DNA from: Octopus sinensis
Lineage: Eukaryota
Direction of reading: 5' to 3'
Assembly: GCF_006345805.1 (NCBI RefSeq)
Contig: NC_043000.1
Span: 33,666,001 to 33,730,000 of the forward strand
DNA length: 64,000 nt
This document shows, piece by piece, positions 1 through 11,699 of the stretch. The position numbers were made by a program, and so were the translations under genes. The notes under the pieces were generated by a model, which did not search any database, was not told the origin of the DNA, and worked only from the letters and a program-made list of their open reading frames with translations. Numbering within the stretch: the stretch's first letter is position 1; each line of letters opens with the position of its first letter.

Positions 1-235
1 GGATGTTCGATCGTATCAATTACATTTGTGTTTTATTATTGGCATCTTCTAAGATGGATCACAAAAATTACTCGGAAGATCTCCGATCAAATCTATCCTG
101 GACGCCGCTCTGTCAAGAAATTCCCTTGTTTCTATTATCTTCTTTCTCATTTACGCAATGCTCCGATAATTGTGAGAGTCCAATAATTTGAAGGACAAGG
201 CCCGTTCAACGGCGACAACAGCAGCAGCACCAGCA

Positions 236-600
236 GTGGAGGCGCAATGGCCCAGTGGTTAGGGCAGCAGATTCGCCGTCGGAGGATCGCGGTTTCGATT
301 CCCAGATCGGGCGTTGTGTGTGTTTATTGAGCGAAAAAACCCAAAGCTCCACGATGCTCCGGCAGGGGATGGTGGCGACCCTTGTTGTACTCTTTCGCTC
401 CAACTTTCTCTCGCTCTTTCTTCCTGTTTCTTGTCCCCGACTTCCTACGCAACCGCTGAGCCTGGATGCGCATTCATCCATCCGTCGATGCTCTCAGTGT
501 TTCTCTTCTGCGGGTCTTACGAATAGCAAAAGACCACGTTTCGGACTTCTCCCACTGGGACGAAGACCGCTTCGCTCAACAGCAACAGCAACAGCAGCAA
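236..600 (+). mobile_element. tRNA-derived SINE (family A) with (CAA/CAG) tail
   Basis: Head GGCGCAATGGCCCAGTGGTTAGGG (A-box-like) and GGTTTCGATTCCC (B-box-like). Close second copy at 23384-23700. Confidence 0.85.
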
Positions 601-685
601 AGGCAACACCACCACCACCACCAAAACCACCACCACCACAACCACCACCACCACCACCACCGCCAACAACAACAACAACACACCA
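575..685. repeat. (CAG/CAA)(CAC)n compound trinucleotide microsatellite
   Basis: Read directly; explains the polyQ/H/P ORFs here. Confidence 0.95.
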
Positions 686-1242
686 ACATTGGCGTGACTA
701 CTGTGCAGGTGTAAGGGGAGGCCATCCCATGTCTGTTGATTGTGATTGTCTTGCACAGTGGAGGGCAAGGCTCCTTGTTTGCGTTTGATGTAGCCAGGTC
801 AGCTATGAAGACTAGTTTTGTTGATCTAGCTAAGGATTGGTCAGGTGACCTCTGATTACCTACAGCCAGGCCAAAAATATCGCTGTATTTCTCTGTTCTG
901 TCATGAAATACAAAACTCCGAAACGTCAGTATTTTAACCCCTCTGCGAGATCGAACTTATCACCAGGGTATCTACGAACTCTAACTGTTCGATAATTCCT
1001 TATTCCTCGCAATATTAATTTCTTACTTTGGAAGAAAATAAAATTTTTTTATGGAAGGGTGACATAGTGAAGCTTTTGTTGCGAGTTATTGCCCCGGGAC
1101 AATGGAATAACAAAGTCGATTTCAGTGGGATTTGAACTTTAGAATACGTCTTTAAAGGTTTGACACTGATCTAAGGGAAATATATAATAATTGTAACGAG
1201 AACAAAAGTAACAGAGGCAGGGGTAAGAGTTTCACCCCCCCC

Positions 1243-1533
1243 CAACAACAACACCACTACTACCACCACCATCACCACCACCACCACCACCACCACCAAT
1301 TCCAACACCAATTCCAACACCACCACCACACCACCACCAATACCAACAACACCACCACCAACACCAACACCAACACCAACAACACTAAGAACGCAGCAAC
1401 CATTACTAATCTCTCAATTTCACCACAAACACTATCACTACTACCTGTACAATAACAGCGACAACAACAACAAGAACAATAGTAACAGCTACTACTACTA
1501 CGACTACTACTACTACTACTACCACCACTACTA

Positions 1534-1585
<52 letters not shown>
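1243..1585. repeat. compound (CAC)/(CAA)/(CTA)/(TAA)n microsatellite
   Basis: Read directly. Confidence 0.95.
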
Positions 1586-1587
1586 TA

Positions 1588-1992
1588 AAATTTTGGCACG
1601 AGGCCAGCAAGTTCGGAGCGCGGGGTTATGTCGATTACAACTACCGCAGTGCTTGACTAGTTTTTATTTTGTCGACCCCGAAAGGATGCAAGGCAAAGTG
1701 GACCTCAGCAGAATTTAAACGCGGAACGTAAAGACGGACAATGCTTATTTCTTTACTACCCACAAGGGGACAAAGAGAGGACAAAGAAGGACAGACAAAC
1801 GGATTAAGTCGGTTATATCGACCCCAGTACGTAACTGGTACTTATTTAATCGACCCCGAAAGGATGAAAGGCAAAGTGGACCTCGGCAGAATTTGAACTC
1901 AGAACGTAGCAGCAGACAAAATACCGCAAAGCATTTCGCCCGGCGTGCTAACGGTTCTGCCGCTAAGCATTCTGTCCGGCAAGCTCACGGTT
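1588..1992 (-). mobile_element. tRNA-derived SINE family C, two nested copies
   Basis: GACCCCGAAAGGATG(A/C)AAGGCAAAGT..ACCTC..CAGAATTT.AAC occurs twice. B-box-like GAGTTCAAATTC on minus strand. Inner copy 1745-1960 carries a distinct tail; host resumes at 1961 (CGCTAAGCATT). Confidence 0.85.
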
Positions 1993-2032
1993 AAGAGAAG
2001 TAAGTATACTACTAGCAATTCACTTTTCTTAA

Positions 2033-2345
2033 TCCTCCTCCTCCTCCTCCTCTTCCTCCTCCTCCTCTTCGTCCTCCTCCTCCTTCTCCTTCTCCTCCTC
2101 CTCCTCCTCCACGACTACGACCACGACCACGACTACCACCACCACCACCACCTCCACCACCTCCACCTCCGCCACCCCCACCGCCTCCTCCTCCTCCTAT
2201 GTATGTATGTATGTATGTGTGTATGTATGTATGTATGTATATATATATATGTATGTATGCATGCATGTATGTATGTATGTGTATGTGTGTAAATGTATAT
2301 ATGTATATACTTCTATGTAGGTACGTGTCTGTATGTATACATATA
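2033..2345. repeat. (CCT)n/(CCA)n then (ATGT)n microsatellites
   Basis: Read directly. Confidence 0.95.
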
Positions 2346-2493
2346 ATAAATAATTTTAGGCATATATGAAAACGTAAAACATTAACTGCCGAGAGTGCTG
2401 AACACAATGTGTAGAAAATATTTAATTTCAAAGTTTCCTTATGATGTGGCTTTACGACTGACTGAAAGCAACGACAACTCGTTGAGTTGGCCG

Positions 2494-2575
2494 GAACGCC
2501 ATGGAGTATGGGGTGCCAAAAGAAATGTGGGTGCCACGAACTACATGGGTGCCACGAGTTACGTGGGTGCCACAA
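2494..2575. repeat. 18-bp-period minisatellite with GGGTGCCA core (4 units)
   Basis: GGGTGCCA recurs at about 18-bp spacing. Confidence 0.8.
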
Positions 2576-3209
2576 AGGAGGGGAGTGCAAAGTTACGTGA
2601 TATCAATTCTTTTCAAACACGAAGGGGAGGGGGAATGAGGAAATAAAAACAATAATAAAATGCGAATATTCCTTGAATCGAATCAAGTTGTACTTTAAAT
2701 CTTTGCACAGGTGAATGAACAAAATATTTTTGAAGAATTAATTTCTGAGGTTGTAAAGTTTCTGAAAACTTTAGAATCATCAACGATAATATGTTGAGGT
2801 TTGCATATTAAAATAATATTTATGATTGATTGAAGTGCGGACATAGGAGAGAAATCGAAGCCTATGAAGATATGTAATGTTGGTGTCTGTGACATAATAC
2901 TGATTAAAACTAGTCAGCAATTTTATCAAAAGTAATTTATGTAAAGAAAGATCGTTGTAGAAAAATGCTTGGAAAACATTTGAGATCTAAAGTCGAGAGA
3001 GAGAGAAAAAAAATGTTCTTTGAGAAGATAATGATGTTTCTTTTTTTTTTTTTTGCTTTTTCTTTTGCTTCTGTTCTCTTGTTGATGTTCTTTAATGTTT
3101 TAGAAAATTCGTTGTATCAGCAGCAGATCAAACGTTAGAACTTTCTGTCACCCTCCCAGGCTCCATCGGTGTCTGGAACAAAAATGTGTCACGATTATTG
3201 TCGGTTGAT

Positions 3210-3211
<2 letters not shown>

Positions 3212-3287
<76 letters not shown>

Positions 3288-3515
3288 TCTCTCTCACTCT
3301 CTCACTGTGTCTCTCTTTATATCAATCAAAGGATTTTACATTTTGATGCTGTTTGTGGCCTTTTCTCTTTAGCTTTATTTCTTTTTATTTCTTTGTATTT
3401 TCAAAATGTTCCTAGAAGAAAGGGACAGAGCCCATGGTCTGAGCAAGCCCCTCCCGTCGAAACCAGTAACCCAGATGCTGTTAAACTTCTTATTAAACTA
3501 TTACAAGTCGACGAC

Positions 3516-3550
<35 letters not shown>

Positions 3551-3730
3551 TGTATATATATATGTATGTATATATGTGTGTGCGTGTGTATATACACACA
3601 TATACATATACATGCACACACACACATATATATACATGTATATATATATCTATATATATGTAAAAAGATATGCAACTGAAAGACAAAATAATATATATAT
3701 AAAAGGAAAATATACATATATATACATATA
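3212..3730. repeat. (CA)n and (TA)n microsatellites flanking a short AT-rich repeat remnant
   Basis: Read directly. Confidence 0.85.
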
Positions 3731-4023
3731 AGAAAAAATAAACTTTTTCTTTTCTTTTACTGTTCTTTATATTTATTTATATATATTATTTATATTCAAT
3801 TCTTATTTAAATTTTTATTCACACATCAAATCTTTTTATTTTTTTAATATCTATATACATGTATATTTTTACTTTTATATACAAATTCATATTTATTGCA
3901 TATCTTTTACTTTTTTTTATATTTCTATATAATTCTTTGCAAATCACATATCGTACTTTTCTTTTCTCTCTTTTTTTATTCTTTTATGAATGAGCTACAC
4001 CTGAGTGATATTTGATCACTTTA

Positions 4024-4348
4024 GTGAGGGCGCGTGGCTTAGTGGTTAGGACATTCGGCTCATGATCGTAAGGTTGTGAGTTCGATTCCCGGCGACGCGT
4101 TGTGTCCTTGAGCAAGACACTTTATTTCACGTTGCTCCAGTCCACTCAGCTGGCAAAAATGAGTTGTACTTGTATTTCAAAGGGTCAGCCTTGTCACTCT
4201 CTGTGTCACGCTGATTATCCCCGAGAACTACGTTAAGGGTACACGTGTCTGTGGAATGCTCAGCCATTTGCACGTTAATTTCACGAGCAAGCTGTTCCGT
4301 TGATCGTATCAGCTGGGACCCTCGTCGTCGTAACCGGCGGAGTCTTTA
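4024..4348 (+). mobile_element. tRNA-derived CORE-like SINE (family B), full length with 14-bp TSD
   Basis: A-box TGGCTTAGTGG, B-box GAGTTCGATTCC, CORE-like GTGTCCTTGAGCAAGACACTT...CTCAGCTGGCAAAAATGAG. TSD ATTTGATCACTTTA at 4010-4023 and 4349-4362. Diverged copy at 63554-63871. Confidence 0.9.
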
Positions 4349-4837
4349 ATTTGATCACTTTATAGAATGGTTGAATGTCGGTTTGGTGTCTGAAATGGGA
4401 TAGCTTACCTCATGGGCAGGTAGAAGCTTTTTGACCTTGGTTGGTAATCTACCTACGAGAAGGAAATCTCTGAAATAAAACCTGAGGCCTTGGAAGTTCC
4501 CGGTTTTGTCAATTTTCATGTCACACTGGCGAAAGTCTTCTTGGGCCAATAGGTGACGGTAGTGCAGTGCAAGCTACACCCACTGAAAAATTATTCGTCT
4601 GTACAGGTACTTCCTGTACTCCAAATCTCAGTAAAATTATTGAATTGGTTGGAGCCAAATGAGATGGCGTGGCCATATTATTCGAATGGCAGATGAACGC
4701 ATGCCGAAACAATAGCAACCAAATCTTTGGAGCTGAGATGCGTTGAATGCACTCGGAAAAACTTCTGTAATGGTATTCCCTTGGGGTGATCTTTCGATTT
4801 GACTCTCAGAACTGTCATCTAAATCAGCTGGTTTTCT

Positions 4838-4933
4838 TCATTAATTTCCGTAAAATTTATTATTTATTTACTTTTATTTTAAAGTGAAAGTGAGGAGAAA
4901 GTGAAAGATGTATGTATGTATATATCAAATGGA

Positions 4934-4983
<50 letters not shown>

Positions 4984-5330
4984 CACCACTTAGATATACA
5001 TGAGAACACTCACGTTCGCTCACTCACTCACTCACTCTCTGTCTGTCTGTCTCTCTCTCACACACACGTATACACAAAAAAGATGTACGCATATGTATTG
5101 ATGTATGTAAGTATACATTACAACACATGCCTTCACTTACTCTCTATCTCTCTTTCTTTCTCTCTCTTTTTCACTCTCTCTTCATCTCTCTCTCTCTCTC
5201 TCTCTCATTCTTTCACACATGCACACACACGTCCATTTCATATACACGTACATACATCTTTTACTTTTTCCTAACTTTCACTTTAAAACAAAAGTAAATA
5301 GATAAAAAAAAATACGGAAATTAACGAACT
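4838..5330. mobile_element. foldback/MITE-like element with imperfect long inverted arms
   Basis: TTAATTTCCGTA...TTTAAAGTGAAAGT...AAAGATGTATGTA..(GT)n(GA)n mirrored by (TC)n(CA)n..TACATACATCTTT...ACTTTCACTTTAAAA...TACGGAAATTAA. Confidence 0.6.
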
Positions 5331-5769
5331 CCGGATGATGGAATCACATTCAGTTAAAAATATTTCTAAATGATTGAAATATTGTGTACGTCAAAAATTC
5401 GACGTTCTTTTTTTCTTAGAAAGCCGAAGACTATGTGTGTGTGTATGTCACAGATAGCGGACGTGTGTTTGTGTTGATTGAAAACCATGACATTCTGTAT
5501 GTGTGTATGTATGTTGACGTCAAGGAAGCCAAGTTTATTTTTCGTTAAGAAATAACAACCCCCAAAATGTATTTAATCGTTTTTATTTATAAATAGAGGT
5601 CCAAATATCACAAAAGTTTGTACTGCACTGCCGAAGGTAAATATGAAAATAAATATGCAAAAAGAATTAGGATAAAATATACTATTTTTGACTAATTTCG
5701 GGTACACACAAGCAAGTCTAGAGTTTCAGTATTATTAAGATCCATCCATCCATCCATCCATCCATCCAT

Positions 5770-5874
<105 letters not shown>

Positions 5875-6119
5875 ATATATAGATATATATATATATTGGA
5901 GAAGAGAGTGGAGTGGTTGTCTCTGGTAGTGACTTAATGACAATCGGTGGTCTTTCTTTGGAAATGGTTGAGGGTGTCTTCGAGATAGTAAGGAATTATT
6001 TAGCTTTACACATCTTGTTGCTTGTTTGCCTTTCCGAAAAACAAAACATTTACACATGTATGGAAGTCGAAATTCACTTTGGGTCACCATTAGAATTCAG
6101 ACTGGGAGTACATATCTTT

Positions 6120-6586
6120 CATCTTTTACCTGTTTCAGCCATTAGATTGCGGCTGTACTGAAGCACCGCATGGAAGAATTTTTTGTCGAATGAATCGAAA
6201 CCCAATACCTTTTTTTTTTAAAGACTGGTACTTATTCTATCAGTCGCTTTTTCAGAAACGCTACGTCACGTAGATGTTAACCTACCGATACCTATTTCTT
6301 TACTACTCACAAAGGGATAAACACAGAGGGGACAAGCAAGGACAGACAAACGGATTAAGTCGATTACATTGACCCCAGGGCATAACTGGCACTTAATTTA
6401 TCGACCCCGAAAGGATGAAAGGCAAAGTTGACCTCGGCGGAATTTGAACTCACAACGTAGCGGCAGACGAAATACCGCTAAGTATTTCGCCCGGCGTGCT
6501 AACGATTCTGCCGGCTCGCCGCCATGATACCGTTTGTCAAGCGGTGGTAGGGAGAAGAACACAGATACAGAGAGACACACAAATAT

Positions 6587-6631
<45 letters not shown>

Positions 6632-6826
6632 TACACAAAGACATACACACATACTCACGCACATATATCTGCGATGGGTCTCGCTCAGTTTTCATGTTCC
6701 AGATCTACTTACAAGGGTTTAGTGAGACTGAAGATACTTGTCCAAGGTGCCATGCAGTGGGATTGAACCCTCTGAGAACTATATGGTTGAGAAGCAAGCT
6801 TCTTACCACGCAGCCACGCCTGCGCC
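6120..6826 (-). mobile_element. SINE family D (internal microsatellite), interrupted by a family C SINE
   Basis: Homologous to copies at 27381, 42770 and 46800. tRNA-like head at 6760-6826, tail at 6120-6170. Confidence 0.85.
6291..6523 (-). mobile_element. SINE family C (long-tail subfamily) nested in family D SINE
   Basis: Full head GGCGAGCCGGCAGAATCGTTAGCACGCCGGGCGAAAT on minus strand. GATACC duplicated at 6287-6292 and 6526-6531. Confidence 0.85.
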
Positions 6827-6999
6827 TATTCATAAACCACTAATGAGGGGTAACTTCGAAATCACTATCATCTTCAAAAATATACAGCTGCCTTTCAGTA
6901 AATGTGTGTGTGTGAGTAGGAGTGCAAGAGTGCTGGAAATAACAACCACAAGATTGGGATTCCTTTTATTCTTCTCTCTCCAAATTTAGAGTGCGTGGA

Positions 7000-7229
7000 T
7001 GCGTTTGCATTGTAGTGTGTGTGTAAGCGTATCTGAATGTCCGAATGTGAGTGTGTATGCGTGAGCGTGTGTGTGCGTTTATGTGTGTGAATGTCCGTGC
7101 GTGCGTGTGTGTGTGGGGGGGTGGTGGTTAGTATTGGTGTGTGCGTGGAGATGTATATCTTTTGCTTGCGATCGCGTAGATTCTACTACTGTCTGCTTCA
7201 GAAATCTCACTACTAAAAACATATGATTA

Positions 7230-7306
<77 letters not shown>

Positions 7307-7326
7307 GCACACACACAGACACACAG

Positions 7327-7360
<34 letters not shown>

Positions 7361-7753
7361 GCAGAGTATGTATGGTAGGAAGGAAGACAAAGAAACCATA
7401 AAAAAAGATGTCTTTATGTCAGCGTACACTAATTTGTGAAAATGTTTAATTGGGTGTGCGTGCGCGCGCAGACACTGTGCTCTATATACATACAAATGGG
7501 TTTCTGTGGTGTGTATGCGTAAAAACCTACGCGTGTGTGTGTATGCGTGTGTGTGCGTGTGCGCGCATAGTTATATATATATATATATATATATTCTTAT
7601 ATTATATGTGTGTGTGTGTGCGTAGACATATAAATATATATATATAGTTATGTATGTATGAGTATTTTCTATATTTTGCGTACTTATATTTGTATAAAAC
7701 ACTTAAGTAAATAACTGTGAGGTGTTGTTTCTGTCTATGCTTGTGTGTGTGTG

Positions 7754-7792
<39 letters not shown>

Positions 7793-7958
7793 TGTGTGGC
7801 ATGAATGTAGCATAAGTGTGTGTGTGCGTGTAGGAGTCTATGTGGTGTATAGTCGGAGCGAACGTATGTCTTCCTGCGTCTTTGTTGACAAAAATACTTT
7901 AATTATTGTAGAACCTGTTACTTTAGCTTAGCACAATTATAGATGTGATCACAGCGAA

Positions 7959-8057
<99 letters not shown>

Positions 8058-8062
8058 TTATA

Positions 8063-8096
<34 letters not shown>

Positions 8097-8101
8097 CCAA
8101 G

Positions 8102-8159
<58 letters not shown>

Positions 8160-8160
8160 G

Positions 8161-8219
<59 letters not shown>

Positions 8220-8278
8220 GTCTGTCTGTCTGTTTGTCTATCTGTCTGTCTATCTGCCTGTCTGTCTGTCTGCCTGTC

Positions 8279-8311
<33 letters not shown>

Positions 8312-8545
8312 CTGTCTGTCTATCGTCTTTTGAATGTGTATTCACTTCTGTCTGTCTATCGTACCTCGAAATATGCATTTATGCATTGAAGTATTCCAGT
8401 ACATTTACATATTTAGAATTTCGTATGCAGATTATGTATGTATGAATACATGCATGGATATATGCATGAATATATATAATATAAATAAATATATACATAT
8501 GCATGCGAATATATAAGTATGTATATATATATATATATATTTAAT
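7000..8545. repeat. cluster of (CA)n/(GT)n, (TA)n and a long (TCTA)n/(TCTG)n array (7960-8320)
   Basis: Read directly; source of the YLSI and CVCV ORFs. Confidence 0.95.
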
Positions 8546-8642
8546 CATATCGCAGGGAAATGGAAATTAATAGAAATTTTAACTTCCAGTGGCCTAGCGT
8601 GTAAAAATTTAGTCCAAAGACTATGTATTACTCATAAAATAA

Positions 8643-8916
8643 AGTGTACATTTATACACATAAGAGGAATCCACTCATGGGATTCATCACGCTAGAAAGA
8701 ACAGCTAGGTTCTAAAACTTCAAAATTAAGGATAAAATTCCGTAAGGAACGAAATGAAAAATAAAACCTTTTACCATCTAGATAGTAAAAGTTTTTATTT
8801 TTCATTTCGTTCCTTTCGGAATTTTATCCCTAATTTTGAGGTTTTAGAACCTAGCTGTTCTTTCTAGCGTGATGAATCCCATGAGTGGATTCCTCTTGTG
8901 TGTATAAATGTACACT
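8643..8916. repeat. near-perfect ~274-bp palindrome centred on TCTAGA (8777-8782)
   Basis: AGTGTACATTTATACACA.AAGAGGAATCCACTCATGGGATTCATCACGCTAGAAAG... is mirrored to 8916 with few mismatches. Confidence 0.9.
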
Positions 8917-8940
8917 GTATTATATATATATATATATATA

Positions 8941-10330
8941 TCACCTCTCAATATATTTGATAAGGTGGTGAGATCACGGATAACCCTCTTTCTTGAAAGC
9001 AACTGATTGCTGAATCCCAACCAACATGGGTTCCGTAATGGAAGGAACTGCCTAACGCAGCTCCTGCATCACCTTGATGGCATTTTGAGAGCTTTTGGAG
9101 AGTGCTCGAATACTGAAGTCATCTACCTTGACTTCAGCAAGGCCTTTGACAGGGTGGATCATAAGATCCGCTTGAAAAAAACTATTCGACATTGGTGTCT
9201 CTGGAAAGTTACTACCATGGATCAAGTATTTCCTGACAGGCAGAACCCAACACATCGTAGTCGAAGGAGTAAAATCAAGCCCAGCCAAAGTCAGTAATGG
9301 TGTTCCACAAGGCACTGCTTTGGACCCACTTTTTTTCATCATCTACTTCAATGACATTACTGACATCATCAAGCACAGTAACATAAGAATCTTTGCAGTT
9401 GATTACAAGATCCAGAAGGTAATCAATGAAGTGGGTGACCGGACATACATTCAGTCAGATCTACTGGCTGTCATCCAATGGGCGGAAAATAACAATATAC
9501 TGCTGAAGGAGGACAAATTCGAATTAATCCACTTCGGAAAAGAGGATATCCTGAAACTCCCGTACACCCTTCCTTCAGGCGAAACCCTCATGGCATCCAA
9601 CAACATCAGAGACTTGGGAGTAATTGTGGACAACAAAATAAGCTAGGCTGCTCATATAAACAGCAAAGTTGACATGGCCCGCAGAGTATGTGTCCCTCGA
9701 TTCTCAGAAATTTCCAGTCGAGAGATATCCACTCCATTATCCTTCTCTTCTCTACTTTTGCTCGATCCCACCTTGAATACTGTTGTCCACTGTGGTCTCC
9801 CCACACGAAACAAAGTATCATGAATATTGAAGCACCTCAAAGGTCAATCACAAAAAAGATAGATGACATGACAGGCCTTGACTATTGGGGTCGACTAGAA
9901 AAGCTCAAGCTTTATTCCCTCCGACGCCGCCGTGAGTGGTACATCGGCGTTGCCCAAATGATGTTGGCATCACATTTACGATATAGCCAAGGCTTGGATC
10001 CCATGCTATCCGCCCACAACATAAATCATACTCACTTCACATAACAACAATACGGCACAATTATTTCGGCTCAATTGACCCGGCTCTCTTTAACATAACA
10101 CCAAAACACATTAAAGCAGAAACACCCCATAAAGTTCAAGAAGCCTTTGGACAAATTCTTTCAAAAATCTCGGATAAACCTCCTATGCCCAGATATGTCT
10201 CCATAAACAATAAATCTCTCCTGGAGTGGGCCGTGTTGTCCAATTCCTGATTTGAATGACTTTGCCAGGTGATGCAATTAAGCTAGACATGGCCTGGATC
10301 AATACTGCTCGAAACCTATTAAGGTGTCAA
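8941..10330 (+). mobile_element. 5'-truncated CR1-like LINE, RT pseudogene with 3' end
   Basis: NQHGFRNGRNCLTQLL, IYLDFSKAFDRVDH, GVPQG, FAVDYK (degenerate FADD), RDLGV, LEYCCPLWSP, LYSLRRRRE across frameshifted ORFs 9007-10044. Confidence 0.92.
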
Positions 10331-10906
10331 AGTGGCAAGGTATATATATATACAATATATTATTAACGTTAATGACTGTTTGCGTCTTTGCTACCCGGTT
10401 TGTGTATGTGAGCCGCACGGGCCTTCGTTTTTGGATCTCCACTTACAGAAAATGGAAAAAACAGTCTTTGATGCCATTTCTAATTCCTTCGGTATGAGGC
10501 GAAACAGCCTGCTACTAGCCCTCTTATTTAATTTACCATATATATATATATATATATATATGAACATATTCATTAATTCTTTATTAGCATGTTATACAGT
10601 CTCTCCTTGGAATATATTTTCTTATTAGTTACATGTTAAGCAATTTCTTTTCTCCACCTCTCGTAAAAGTAGTTTTTATTTATCTGTTGAGGGCCGGGAT
10701 AATTATTCATTGTTCAATTTGAATAACATGTTGAGTGTTCGAATTCACTGGAACGGTTATGAGTCTATTTATTCTTAATACCTCTTGGCACGATCAGACG
10801 CAGAACATACTAGTCGCTCTTGTGTACGTCATAGAATGACGACTGTGTATTCGACAGCGAATCCATTGCGCCAATGAGTCAAGTGTGCTGAGCACACTGT
10901 CTTTAC

Positions 10907-11050
10907 ATTCTGAGTTCAAATTCCGCCGAGATCGACTTTGCTTTTCATCCTTTCGGGGTCGATAAATTAAGTACCAGTTGCGAAGTGGGGTCGATCTAAT
11001 CGACTGGCCCCACTCCCACCAAATTTCGGGCCTAGAGTAGAAAAGAATAT
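10907..11050 (+). mobile_element. SINE family C fragment
   Basis: TTCTGAGTTCAAATTCCGCCGAGATCGACTTTGCTTTTCATCCTTTCGGGGTCGATAAATTAAGTACCAGTT. Confidence 0.85.
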
Positions 11051-11319
11051 TTTGTGTCTGAAATAGCGATGACTTAGAAATTTCTGACTTGATGCGAGGG
11101 TTCGCATTTATCACCCAGGTTCGCATTTAGCACTCAGATTCGCATTTACCAAATCTGGAAGAATGGTACCATTTTATAGCCTGGAAGAAGGCAGAGCTTT
11201 GTTTTGTGCCTAAAGCAGAAAACTCCTCAACTATCAACTAATTCCACCATTTCATTTCTAAGTGTTGGCGTTAAAAGCTTCTTTATATTATTGGCCAGAA
11301 ATAACCTTGTAAAAGACTG

Positions 11320-11650
11320 ACAATGGATTGCATATTATGATCACTTGATCGACCATACAATCGGATGCTGTTATGCATCACTGGTCACAGTGCACTTTGC
11401 AGCATCGTTTTAGCTTTCGAATGATGCTACTCAGCAAGTGGCAAGTTGGCGGGAGCCAGCATTCCCCCCACCCTATTCCTTAAACGAGAAGCTGTTCTAT
11501 CGCAGAGTGTCCCATTTACGGCCAAGCAGACTGGAACAACGAAAAAGGAAATATTTTGCTAAAGAAAACGCTCCGCTGACACGGGGGATCGAACTCACGA
11601 TCTAGCGATCGTGAGTGTAAGGCCCTAACCACAAGGCAACGCGCCTTCAC
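11320..11650 (-). mobile_element. CORE-like SINE with family B head but a different tail
   Basis: Minus-strand head GTGAAGGCGCGTTGCCTTGTGGTTAGGG...GAGTTCGATCCC. Tail matches 47430-47551. Confidence 0.7.
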
Positions 11651-11699
11651 AACGGACTACATAAATATCTCTATCCAGAAAACTGGCTTCTCGGGCTTC

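Noticed and set aside
255-788. 177-aa Pro/Thr-rich ORF and overlapping polyQ/H ORFs
   Set aside because: Composed of SINE A plus trinucleotide repeat; not a gene.
885-935. CCGAAACGTCAG hammerhead-like 3' half
   Set aside because: No intact CUGANGA or stem I; too decayed to call.
3400-3520. Exon-like or hammerhead-like stretch (GTCGAAACCAGTAAC)
   Set aside because: No clean splice sites and a non-canonical core; probably a decayed repeat end.
4024-4100. tRNA-like sequence
   Set aside because: SINE head without a full cloverleaf; the same applies to the other SINE heads.
7945-8445. YLSI-repeat ORFs
   Set aside because: Translation of (TCTA)n.
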